A DNA stretch of 64,000 bases, taken from assembly GCA_965112635.1 (NCBI GenBank), contig OZ218778.1, positions 1,952,001 through 2,016,000 of the forward strand, given 5' to 3'. Positions within the stretch are counted from its first letter, which is position 1; every line of letters starts with the position of its first letter. The position numbers were made by a program, and so were the translations under genes. This DNA comes from an uncultured bacterium. Its GTDB lineage: Bacteria; Oederibacteriota; Oederibacteriia; Oederibacteriales; Oederibacteriaceae. Below the pieces are notes generated by a model. That model made no database searches. It was not told the DNA's origin and was given only the letters and a program-made list of their open reading frames with translations. Below are positions 1-9,156 of this stretch, piece after piece.

Positions 1-1
1 C

Positions 2-1273
2 AGCGGCGCCTATCCGAACAATAACTTTATGGTCGGCAACACCAATGCCGGGTCCTGGATCATCCCTACGACCCTGGTGGGGAACGCGGGTAACATCCCG
101 GCCGGCACCTCCGTTATTCTCAACGGCGTCAGTGCCAATGACGGGGCCAATGGTTACGGGGTAAATTTTTATAAAGTCACCGCAAGCTCAGCGATGCAGG
201 CTGTGATGGGATGCTCCATTAGCAGCGGTTATGGAAGCATTGATTGGTTGGACAGCTCTGATAACGCGCCCAATTTTATCCCGTTAGGGAATAACTTCAT
301 CTTTTCTTTTCAAAATGTGACGCCCTCTACTTCCAACTACAAGTATATAACCTCGTTCATGCCCAATCCCGGCACCACCGGCACCCTGACCATAACCAAC
401 ATCAACGGCACTCCCTGCAACGGCCTCGTGAGCTACGATAACAGTTCTCCGTCGGTGTTCACCGGGGTTATTCCGGGCCAGCCCGTGCAAACCTGGTCCC
501 AGACCAGCACGGTTCCCAATGAACCCCTGGTCTGGCAGTTCTACGGCTGCGCAGCCCAGCAACAGTATACAGTGAAATTCAGCGTGACCGGAGGCACAGG
601 AACCTGTGCTTTTGACCCGGATGGTTGTGCTGATGCCAACTGGTTCCCCAACAATGCCTGGCGTATGAGCGGTATGGTGCCGCCTGTCTTGACCAACACG
701 TCTACTTCCACTCCCACCTCGAGTCCGACCCCGGGCCCTACGGGGACTTTCACGGCCACGGCGACCATCACCAACACACCGTCCCAGACCGGGACCAGCA
801 CAAATACCCCCACCATCACCACCACAGCCACCGACACGGTCACAGGGAGTTCCACCCAGACCTCTTCAGCGACCCTGACCCCGTCGCCGACCCTGACCTC
901 TTCTCAAACCGTTACGCCGAGCCTGACCAGCACGCCCTCGGCGACCAGCACGCCGGTGCCGCCTATCTACATCTATCCCAATATCTTTAATCCCGACAAA
1001 GGGGAAAAGGTCAAATTCTGGGGAATACCGGCGGGCAGCAAAGTCGTCATCTATGACCTGAGCACGGAATTTGTCTGGCGCAGCGCCCTGTCCGGCTCCA
1101 ATGACCTGACGATCGTTTGGGACGGACGGAATATGCAGGGTAATTTGGTGGCCCAGGGGATATATTTTTACATCCTGGAGATGTGGGACAGCCCCGCGCA
1201 CAACTTGATCAATAAAAAAACGGGCCATATAGGCGTGCTCCGGGAAGGCGGTTGGAATGACCAAATGCGGTAG
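2..1273 (+). CDS. Secreted Thr-rich-linker protein with T9SS/FlgD-like C-terminal domain (5' partial)
   Basis: Frame is open from position 2. Paralogous to the next gene. Has a T/S/P-rich tract, then YPN...WDGRNMQGNLVAQGIYFY. Confidence 0.8.
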   Translation, partial: SGAYPNNNFMVGNTNAGSWIIPTTLVGNAGNIPAGTSVILNGVSANDGANGYGVNFYKVTASSAMQAVMGCSISSGYGSIDWLDSSDNAPNFIPLGNNFIFSFQNVTPSTSNYKYITSFMPNPGTTGTLTITNINGTPCNGLVSYDNSSPSVFTGVIPGQPVQTWSQTSTVPNEPLVWQFYGCAAQQQYTVKFSVTGGTGTCAFDPDGCADANWFPNNAWRMSGMVPPVLTNTSTSTPTSSPTPGPTGTFTATATITNTPSQTGTSTNTPTITTTATDTVTGSSTQTSSATLTPSPTLTSSQTVTPSLTSTPSATSTPVPPIYIYPNIFNPDKGEKVKFWGIPAGSKVVIYDLSTEFVWRSALSGSNDLTIVWDGRNMQGNLVAQGIYFYILEMWDSPAHNLINKKTGHIGVLREGGWNDQMR

Positions 1274-4211
1274 GGGCCTTGCAGTCTTATGCGCCGTCCT
1301 GTTTTTATTCCTGGGGCGCCATGCCTGGGGCGATAATATCAACCCGTATATTATCTGGCAGCAAGGGCAAAACACCACCGCGGACGTTGCCCTTCTCACG
1401 CTCTTTCCTTTTAATGACGGCACCATTATTCAACTTTACGGCACTAATGTTTCTGACGTGCAGATCGACCAGCCGGGCAATTTACTGGCCGTAGGCAACT
1501 TTCCCCTCGCGGGAACCGGCTTTGGAGGGAGCGGCACGGATGGCCAGCCCTGGGCCCCGATCAACAAGTTCGCCTCAGAATATTTTTACGTCAAAAGCAA
1601 CAGTCCCGTCATCTGGCAGATCGAAGATGACTTGTATAGTTCGTCGTATGGTTGTGATACCTGGCTGACCTCAACGAACGCCACCTGTTCCGGCACCAGG
1701 TTTTTTACCCATTTGGAAGCTGTCATCGACGACCCTGTCAACCCGAATGTAGGGGACAATATCGCCGTGGTCAATAATAACGCCTTTAATGTGACGGTCA
1801 GCCTGGACAAATGGAATGGGGCCGGCTGGACCAATCTTACCGCCGGAAACGTGGTTCAGGCGAACGGCATCTGGATGATCGGCGGCAGTACGATGAATCC
1901 TTTGTATCCGGGCGCCACCGGCACAGTCCTGGCGGATGCGGGAGATTACCGCATCACGGCCACTGGAGGCAATGTTTGTGTTTGGAAAGGGTTCCTGGGA
2001 AATGCATCTAACGTCGACTGCTGGTGTGTGTCCCCGGACATGGGTACCGGCTTAAAATACGGCACCAACCTGATAGGCGTTGATTCCATTCAATACGCTA
2101 ATAACTACAATATCATTCTCAGCGCGCCGGCCGGGGGGCCCGCGGTAAACTACCAGATATTCCAATACGTGCCTACCGGAGGCAATCCAGCCTATCCAGT
2201 CCAAAACTATATGGTCGGCAATACCAATTCCGGCACCTGGATCGTTCCCAACAGGCTGTGGGTTTTTCCGGCAGTTTTGGGCGCCAATGTCGGGGTCATC
2301 CAGCCAGGAACTTCCGTATTCATTAACGGCATCAGTGGAAATAACCGGACGAATTTTGGGGCCTTGGCGAACTTTTATAACATCCAGGCCGACCACCCCA
2401 TCCAAGCCGTGCTGGGAGACAATATATGTTCCCTGTGGGGCGCTACGGATTGGTTCCCCAGTTCGGACCAAAATCTCTTTTTTAGCCCGGATGGGAATGA
2501 CTTTATTGTTTCGTGGTCAGGCGTTCCCTCGCCCAATACCCCCAGGTATATTTCCACGGTTCTGGCCAATCCCGGAACCACGGCCACCCTCACCACCTTT
2601 ACCAACGGCTCGCCTTTGGTAGCCTACAACGGCATTTATGGCCATACCAATAACCCCATGGGGACCATTACAGGCATTCCGGCCACGAACTCCTATGCCC
2701 AGACCAGCACGGTTCCCAATGAGCCCCTGGTCTGGCAAGTCGGCAGGGACGGGACCCAATATATGGAGGAAACTTTTCAATTCACCATAACCAACGGGAC
2801 AGGATGCTGTTTTTTTAGCCCGGAAGGAGAGCCGGCCCCGGTAGGGGCCGTGGTGTATGACAATAATGCCTGGGTCATGTCCGGCATCGCGACAGGGGTC
2901 ACGGCTACCTTTACCTCCACGCCCACCTGCACCGCAACTGCTACCGACACTTCCACTCCGGGGCCGTCCCAGACTTCTACAAACACCCCGACTGTTTCTC
3001 CCACTCCCACCATCACCAATACCTCCACGGATACGGGAACACCCTCGGCTACTTCCACGCCGACGGTTTTGCTCAGCCCGACCAATACGGACACGGTCAC
3101 TGTTTCAGGGACCGCCACTGATACCTCGACTATTACTTTGACCCCCACCGTGACCATTACTTCTTCCCAGACTTTGACCTCTTCCTTGACCTTCACCCCT
3201 TCCAAGTCTTTTACCCAGACCAATACCGCCACCGTGACCGCCACGAGCACGCCGGTGATGACCGACCTGAGGTTGAAGATCTACAATGAAGCCGGGGAGG
3301 TGGTCAAAACTTTCAATGATGTGCTGGTCCTGGGGGCCTTGAGCGGCATCCAGCTCGCCTCGGGGAGCGGCTCGGTTAATTTTGACCCCAGCAGCGGCAT
3401 CTTTGACATCGAGGTCCAGAGCAAGGGGAACGTGTACCATGTGCCGTGGGACGGGAAGAGCGACCTGGGAAATACCGTGGACAGCGGGGGGTACGTGCTC
3501 AAGGGAGAGGTGCCCGGGCAGGATGCGACCATCACCATGCCCGTGACGGTCTTCAAGGCCGGGAATCTCCTGACCATCGGCGTGTATACCCCCAGCGGGG
3601 AACTGGTCAAGCAGTTGTATGAAAGCTACCTGGTCCTGGGCCAGCTCGGCAGCATGAAATTGAGCACCAACGTGCTGACAGTGAACGACAAGAACAAAAA
3701 GACGGTGAGTATTGGCATAGGGGCCGTTTCCGAAACAGGAACCTCCTATCTGGAGGACGACGTTGGATTCCTGGACCTGAACCGCATCTTTTGGGACGGC
3801 ACCAACAGCCTGGGCAGTTTCGTGCAGAGCGGGGAATACCTGGTCAAGATCGAGCAAACCTACAACCACAATCATGACGTGGTGGTGCAAAGCGTGACGG
3901 TGCTGGTTTCCTCGTTCAGCGGGTTCATGGACGCTTCGGTGTATCCCAACCCGTACATCAGCACGCCGGACCAGAAGGTATGGTTCAAGGTCACCCTGCA
4001 GGACAATGCCGACGTCAGAGTGAGGATCTATGACGTGGTCGGGGAACTGGTCAACACCCTCAGCAGTCCGGGGGCGGGCCCCGGTCCGGCCAGCCTGGGG
4101 TGGTACGTGGGAGGGGTGGCGAGTGGGCTTTACATAGGCGTCGTGGAGGCCAAGTCCCTGGTGAGCGGAGAGATCCAGAAAAAACAGCTAAAGATCAGTA
4201 TCGTCAAGTAG
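1257..4211 (+). CDS. Large secreted protein: signal peptide, beta-rich domain, Thr-rich linker, three FlgD-Ig/CTD-like domains
   Basis: Signal peptide ending AWG. Motifs IYNEAGEVVK..WDGKSDLGNTVDSGGY, WDGTNSLGSFVQSGEY and YPNPY..VASGLY..KISIVK. Confidence 0.85.
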   Translation: MTKCGRGLAVLCAVLFLFLGRHAWGDNINPYIIWQQGQNTTADVALLTLFPFNDGTIIQLYGTNVSDVQIDQPGNLLAVGNFPLAGTGFGGSGTDGQPWAPINKFASEYFYVKSNSPVIWQIEDDLYSSSYGCDTWLTSTNATCSGTRFFTHLEAVIDDPVNPNVGDNIAVVNNNAFNVTVSLDKWNGAGWTNLTAGNVVQANGIWMIGGSTMNPLYPGATGTVLADAGDYRITATGGNVCVWKGFLGNASNVDCWCVSPDMGTGLKYGTNLIGVDSIQYANNYNIILSAPAGGPAVNYQIFQYVPTGGNPAYPVQNYMVGNTNSGTWIVPNRLWVFPAVLGANVGVIQPGTSVFINGISGNNRTNFGALANFYNIQADHPIQAVLGDNICSLWGATDWFPSSDQNLFFSPDGNDFIVSWSGVPSPNTPRYISTVLANPGTTATLTTFTNGSPLVAYNGIYGHTNNPMGTITGIPATNSYAQTSTVPNEPLVWQVGRDGTQYMEETFQFTITNGTGCCFFSPEGEPAPVGAVVYDNNAWVMSGIATGVTATFTSTPTCTATATDTSTPGPSQTSTNTPTVSPTPTITNTSTDTGTPSATSTPTVLLSPTNTDTVTVSGTATDTSTITLTPTVTITSSQTLTSSLTFTPSKSFTQTNTATVTATSTPVMTDLRLKIYNEAGEVVKTFNDVLVLGALSGIQLASGSGSVNFDPSSGIFDIEVQSKGNVYHVPWDGKSDLGNTVDSGGYVLKGEVPGQDATITMPVTVFKAGNLLTIGVYTPSGELVKQLYESYLVLGQLGSMKLSTNVLTVNDKNKKTVSIGIGAVSETGTSYLEDDVGFLDLNRIFWDGTNSLGSFVQSGEYLVKIEQTYNHNHDVVVQSVTVLVSSFSGFMDASVYPNPYISTPDQKVWFKVTLQDNADVRVRIYDVVGELVNTLSSPGAGPGPASLGWYVGGVASGLYIGVVEAKSLVSGEIQKKQLKISIVK

Positions 4212-4256
4212 ACCGGCCTCTTTATCCATTAAATCGTCGCGAGGAAAACTAAAAGC

Positions 4257-6143
4257 ATGGCTGTGGTCATCTATCTTTTGATAGCGGTAGCGACCCTGGT
4301 GTACGCCCAACCCGTGGAAGTGTGGACCATCCAGGAACTGGCCGTACTGCTTTTGGCAGGCTGGGGATTTATCCTTGCCCTCAAAGAGCTGGGCAGGAAA
4401 GAGGGTAAGGGCTGGCTCCTGACGCCTCTTGATCCGGGTTTCCTTGTCTTTTTAGTTGTTGTGTTGGCCGCCAGCCTGTTCTCCACGAACCAACAGGAGA
4501 GTTTTTTTTACTTCCGCAGGCTGCTGGGGCTCTGGTTCATTTTTTATACCTCCTTGTTCCTGGGCCAGGAGCCGGGCCGGACCCGGCGGGTCGTCCTGTT
4601 CATGGTCCTTGCCGGCGTTGCGCTGGCTTTTTGGGCCCTGGTGGAAACAGCCCTCCTGAGCATAGCGCACAGGCCCATGGCCAGCCAGACCAACCCCAAT
4701 CATCTGGCCGCTTTTTTGACGATCTGTGTTTTGTTGGCCATCCCGGTCCTTTTAAACCCCGGCGATTTTTTTAAAATCAGTAGCAGGAACCAAAGACTGG
4801 CCAGGCTGTCCGTTCTCCTGGGGCTGACCCTGTTCTTCTGCGTCATCCTGCTGACCCAGTCCCGGGGGGCGGTGTGCGGCTTGGGAGCGGGACTGGCGGT
4901 TTATTGTTCATCCAAAAGGTTCCGCAAGGAGTTCATTGCCGCGAAGCTATATTGGCTGGCTATCCCGGTGGTCTTGGCGGCGGGGTTCATGGCCTGGCCT
5001 CTGGTCAAGCGGGTCTTTATCGACCAGGAGGCTTTGGCTTACAGCAGGGTCCTGTTGTGGAAAAGCGCTTGGCAAATGTTTCTGGCCCATCCCTGGCTGG
5101 GAGCCGGGCCCGGAGCGTTCAGCGACGTCTATCCAAAGTACCGGGACAGCTCTTTGTGGCTGTACGCCACTCCCTTCGCCCACAATGAATACCTGCAAAT
5201 CCTGGCTGAGGCAGGCCTTTTGGGGCTGGCTAGCTTTTTATGGTTGGCGGCTGTTTTGCTCAAAGAAGGGGTCAGCCAGGCTTACGCGGCCCGGCCCGCA
5301 GAGGCCGGCCAGGGCTGGCTGGGCTTGTCCCTGCTCGCCTGCCTGGTTGCCGGCTTTGTCCAGGCTTTGGTCGAGTTCAACTTCCATCCCCTGGCTTTGG
5401 CGGTCAGTTACACGGTCTTGGCCGGCTTGCTGGTCAGCCTGACGCCCAGACGGGGGCCTTTTTTACCTAAGGAAAAGGCGGGCCGGGCTCCCCTGGCCGT
5501 TGTTTTTGTGGTCATATGTTTCAGCTTCGTGACCTTGGCCTGGGCCATAAGCAATTTAGCCTATATGGCGGGCTATTACGATTCCCAAAAACAGAACCCG
5601 GACCAGGCCATCGTCTGGTTTGAAAGGGCCACCCAGTTCTCGCCGATGTTCGCCCAGGCCTATAACAGCCTGGGCAAAGAATACAGCCAGAAGGCCTGGG
5701 ACTTGGAAAAGGGGGTTAAGGCCAATCCCCCTCAAGGTCCAAAGGTTCAAAACCCGGAGGCAGCCGATTATCTGCGTCAAGCCGAGAAAGCGTTGTTCCA
5801 GGCGGTCAGCCTGAACCCCAGCCAATACGAGTATTTCAACAGTTTGGCCGAGTTTTACAGGGACCAGAACAGGCTGGACGAGGCGGTCCTGATGATGGAC
5901 AAAACCATCCGGCTCAACCCCAACCACCCTTTACCCTATTTCGCCAAAGCCAAGTATTTGGAGGGTTTAAATAGGTGGCCTGAGGCCATCCAGACCCTGG
6001 GGCAGGCCAAAGGGGTAGAGCCCAATTTGCCGATGATCTACCAGGAATTGGCCAAGTGCTACCAACATACCCATCAGAAAAAACTGTCCCAAGAAAACCA
6101 GCAAAAAGCCGCGGAATTGACCAAACAACTGAGCCTTCCCTGA
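4257..6143 (+). CDS. O-antigen ligase (Wzy_C/O-oligosaccharyltransferase-like) family protein with C-terminal TPRs
   Basis: Multi-pass membrane protein with NPNHLA, TQSRGA, R..LW..AW.MF..HPWLGAGPG and AHNEYLQ..AE.G motifs; TPR-like C-terminus. Confidence 0.85.
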   Translation: MAVVIYLLIAVATLVYAQPVEVWTIQELAVLLLAGWGFILALKELGRKEGKGWLLTPLDPGFLVFLVVVLAASLFSTNQQESFFYFRRLLGLWFIFYTSLFLGQEPGRTRRVVLFMVLAGVALAFWALVETALLSIAHRPMASQTNPNHLAAFLTICVLLAIPVLLNPGDFFKISSRNQRLARLSVLLGLTLFFCVILLTQSRGAVCGLGAGLAVYCSSKRFRKEFIAAKLYWLAIPVVLAAGFMAWPLVKRVFIDQEALAYSRVLLWKSAWQMFLAHPWLGAGPGAFSDVYPKYRDSSLWLYATPFAHNEYLQILAEAGLLGLASFLWLAAVLLKEGVSQAYAARPAEAGQGWLGLSLLACLVAGFVQALVEFNFHPLALAVSYTVLAGLLVSLTPRRGPFLPKEKAGRAPLAVVFVVICFSFVTLAWAISNLAYMAGYYDSQKQNPDQAIVWFERATQFSPMFAQAYNSLGKEYSQKAWDLEKGVKANPPQGPKVQNPEAADYLRQAEKALFQAVSLNPSQYEYFNSLAEFYRDQNRLDEAVLMMDKTIRLNPNHPLPYFAKAKYLEGLNRWPEAIQTLGQAKGVEPNLPMIYQELAKCYQHTHQKKLSQENQQKAAELTKQLSLP

Positions 6144-6154
6144 ACGAATAGTCC

Positions 6155-6186
6155 GCTGAAAAAGTCCATTTAGGGACTTTTTCAGC
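6155..6186. repeat. 13-bp perfect inverted repeat (possible terminator or IS-end-like palindrome)
   Basis: GCTGAAAAAGTCC-ATTTAG-GGACTTTTTCAGC just downstream of the ligase stop. Confidence 0.7.
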
Positions 6187-6232
6187 TCACTAAGAAGGAT
6201 GCAACTCCTCGATCGCCGGAGGCGTCTCGGAG

Positions 6233-6281
6233 TAGCAGTCTGCTGCATAGTTATGAAATAACACTTTTAAGCAGACTGCTA
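6233..6281. repeat. Short element with 12-bp terminal inverted repeats (MITE-like)
   Basis: TAGCAGTCTGCT ... AGCAGACTGCTA; ends resemble those of the element at 8979-9085. Confidence 0.55.
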
Positions 6282-6410
6282 ATCAAAACAACTCAAAAAA
6301 GAATCAAAAACATCAATTTTTGTTTAAGTTTTGGATAATTTTGGTATATTCATTGCTTTGCTTTATTTGTTGGGTTAGAATTTACCGTTAGTTCATTGAG
6401 GAGGTTAGGG

Positions 6411-6974
6411 ATGGGCGTTACCAATACCACCGAAGTCCGCGGCGGCGACCTCATTATTTTAGACGGCATAGTCTATGAGGTCGTGGAAAGACAGCACGTC
6501 AAGCCGGGCAAAGGCGGGGCTTTTGTCAGACTGAAGATCAGGAACGTCAAGCAGGGCAATGTGATCGACAAGACCATGAACGCCGGGGTCAAGCTGGATA
6601 CCCCGGATGTCGAGCAAAAAGACGTGCAATACCTTTATAATACCGGCAAAGAATTCCATTTCATGGACCAGGCCACCTATGAACAGTTCGCCTTTTCCGA
6701 GGAAACCCTCGGGGATTCCAAAAAATTCCTCAAACCCGACATGTCCCTGCAGGTGATGATGCACGGGGGGGATGTCCTGGGTATCAAACTGCCTATCACC
6801 GTGGAGCTCAAAATCACGGAAACAGGCCCGGATTTCCGGGGTAACACGGCTTCCGGCAGCAACAAGCCGGCCACCCTGGAAACCGGGGCGGTCATCCAGG
6901 TCCCCTTCTTTATCAAGACCGGCGAAATGGTCCGGGTAGACACCCGCACCGGCGGGTATATCGAAAGGGTCTAG
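6411..6974 (+). CDS. efp: Elongation factor P
   Basis: HVKPGKGGAFVR, KPATLETGA and VDTRTG motifs; GAGGAGG RBS before ATG 6411. Confidence 0.97.
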   Translation: MGVTNTTEVRGGDLIILDGIVYEVVERQHVKPGKGGAFVRLKIRNVKQGNVIDKTMNAGVKLDTPDVEQKDVQYLYNTGKEFHFMDQATYEQFAFSEETLGDSKKFLKPDMSLQVMMHGGDVLGIKLPITVELKITETGPDFRGNTASGSNKPATLETGAVIQVPFFIKTGEMVRVDTRTGGYIERV

Positions 6975-7009
6975 ACCCTATCCCACAAGAAAAGCACAGG
7001 AGGCCAACC

Positions 7010-7573
7010 GTGGCTGAAAAGATAGACAAGAACTTGAATGTCAAAGCCATCAAAAAGATCATCGCCATGATGTCCAAGCAGGGCCTGACCGAGCTGGATA
7101 TTGAACAGGAAGGCATCAAGATACACCTCAAAAAAGGGGCGAAAGAAGCGTCGGCCGCGGGGGTGGGCGGCACCATATCCTACATCCCCATCCAGTCCAT
7201 GTCCGCGGCTCCTAGCCAGGCGGCCCCGGCCGCGGCCCCCAGCAGCGTCCCGGCAGCGGAGGCGCCTCCTGCTCCAGCCCCGGCACCCGCTCCAGCGGAA
7301 AAAGAGCTGGCGACCATCACCTCTCCCATGGTAGGCACCTATTACTCCTCTCCCGGGCCCGAGGCTCCCGCCTTTATCAATGTGGGCGACGCGTTGAAAG
7401 TGGGGCAGACCCTGTGCATCATCGAGGCCATGAAGCTGATGAACGAAGTTAAAGCCGAGATATCCGGCAAGCTGGCGCAGATCTTGGTGGAGAACGGCCA
7501 GCCCGTGGAGTTCGGCCAAAAATTGTTCCTGGTCGAGCCGGACAAGGGCGCATCCGAGCCGGTTACCGTCTAA
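7010..7573 (+). CDS. accB: Acetyl-CoA carboxylase biotin carboxyl carrier protein
   Basis: SPMVGTYY and EAMKLMNE biotinylation motif; Ala/Pro linker. Confidence 0.96.
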   Translation: MAEKIDKNLNVKAIKKIIAMMSKQGLTELDIEQEGIKIHLKKGAKEASAAGVGGTISYIPIQSMSAAPSQAAPAAAPSSVPAAEAPPAPAPAPAPAEKELATITSPMVGTYYSSPGPEAPAFINVGDALKVGQTLCIIEAMKLMNEVKAEISGKLAQILVENGQPVEFGQKLFLVEPDKGASEPVTV

Positions 7574-7638
7574 ACGATCACCCAAGCAAAACACTCGTTC
7601 CGCGGGCCAGGCCGGCCTGAGTATCCGAAGGAGGCTGT

Positions 7639-8982
7639 TTGTTCAAGAAAATCCTTATCGCCAATCGGGGAGAGATAGCCCTGCGCATCATCCGGGCGTG
7701 CCGGGAGATGGGCATCAAGACCGTGGCCTTGTATTCCGAGCCGGACCACGACTCCCTGCATGTCCGCAACGCCGACGAAAGCGTGTGCATCGGGCCGGCG
7801 GCGCCCAGCCAGAGCTACCTCAACATCCCCCGCATCATCAGCGCGGCCGAGATCACGGACGCGGAAGCCATCCATCCCGGCTACGGGTTCCTTTCGGAGA
7901 ATCCCCATTTCGCTGAGATATGCGAGTCCTGCAACATCAAATTCATCGGGCCCACGAGTTCGGTCATGCAGCTCCTAGGGGACAAGTCCAGGGCGCGGGA
8001 GACCATGAAAAAAGCCGGTGTCCCCATTTTGCCCGGCAGCGACAGCCTGGTCAAAGACGAAAAAGAGGCCATGAACATCGCCCGGGGCCTGGGCTACCCG
8101 GTCATCATTAAGGCCACCGCAGGCGGAGGGGGCCGGGGCATCCGCATCGCCCACAACTCCATCAGCCTGGCCAACGCTTTTATCACGGCCCAGCGCGAGG
8201 CCGAGGCCGCTTTCGGCAATCCCGGGGTGTATATCGAGAAATACATCGAGCAGCCCCACCATATCGAGGTGCAGATCATGGGCGACCTCTACGGCAACGT
8301 GATCCATCTGGGAGAGAGGGAATGCAGCATTCAGCGCCGGCACCAGAAACTCATCGAGGAGTCGCCTTCGCCTTCCGTGAACCAGGATATCCGGGAGGAC
8401 CTGGGCAAATGGTGCGTGCGCGGAGCCAAGGCCGTGGGTTACACCAACGCGGGGACCCTGGAGTTCCTGATGGACCGGCGGGGCAAATGCTATTTCATGG
8501 AAGTGAACACGAGGATCCAGGTGGAGCACCCGGTGACCGAGGCGGTCATGGGCGTGGACATCGTCAAGGAACAGATCAGGGTCGCGGCAGGCGAAAAGCT
8601 TCTGTTATCCGGCAAGAACGTGCATCCGCGGGGGCATGCCATCGAGTGCCGCATCAACGCGGAGGACCCCGAAAAGGATTTTCTGCCCTGCCCGGGCAAG
8701 ATCATGGAGTACCATGTGCCGGGCGGCCCGGGGGTCAGGGTGGACTCTGCCGCTTATCTCAACTACACCATCCTGCCTTATTACGACTCGCTGGTGGCCA
8801 AGCTCATCTGCCACGGCCGGGACAGGCATGAGGCCCTGATGCGGATGGAAAGGGCCCTGGACGAGTTCTCCATAGGCGGCATCAAGACCACGATCGGTTT
8901 TTTCCGGAGGGTCATGCAGCACGAGCTGTTCCGCCAGGGCGAAACCACAACGGATTTCGTAGAACGGTATTTTTCCTCTTAA
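7639..8982 (+). CDS. accC: Biotin carboxylase
   Basis: [45 protein letters not shown]. Confidence 0.98.
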   Translation: MFKKILIANRGEIALRIIRACREMGIKTVALYSEPDHDSLHVRNADESVCIGPAAPSQSYLNIPRIISAAEITDAEAIHPGYGFLSENPHFAEICESCNIKFIGPTSSVMQLLGDKSRARETMKKAGVPILPGSDSLVKDEKEAMNIARGLGYPVIIKATAGGGGRGIRIAHNSISLANAFITAQREAEAAFGNPGVYIEKYIEQPHHIEVQIMGDLYGNVIHLGERECSIQRRHQKLIEESPSPSVNQDIREDLGKWCVRGAKAVGYTNAGTLEFLMDRRGKCYFMEVNTRIQVEHPVTEAVMGVDIVKEQIRVAAGEKLLLSGKNVHPRGHAIECRINAEDPEKDFLPCPGKIMEYHVPGGPGVRVDSAAYLNYTILPYYDSLVAKLICHGRDRHEALMRMERALDEFSIGGIKTTIGFFRRVMQHELFRQGETTTDFVERYFSS

Positions 8983-9085
8983 CAGCCTGCTGAATGACTG
9001 TTTTTAGGGTTTTCGCCCTCATGGTGCGCGTCCACATGCTCAAGCATGCGTCAGTGATGACGTGAGGGAGTCAGCAGACTGTTAA
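8979..9085. mobile_element. MITE-like element (107 bp) with 15-bp terminal inverted repeats
   Basis: TTAACAGCCTGCTGA ... TCAGCAGACTGTTAA (14/15 match); the left TTAA overlaps the accC stop codon. Confidence 0.6.
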
Positions 9086-9156
9086 GACCCGGCCCTACCT
9101 GGAGAACCTTGGCTTTTCCGGATGGCCGAGCTTAAAGCCCGGGGAACGGAAACCAT

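Noticed and set aside
498-2737. Diversity-generating retroelement (template/variable repeat pair)
   Set aside because: No reverse transcriptase in the window. Both copies are coding parts of paralogs and differ by one synonymous change.
2777-3250. Val-rich minus-strand ORFs (also 541-855, 26473-27039, 52878-53147)
   Set aside because: These are antisense shadows of the ACN-rich Thr linkers.
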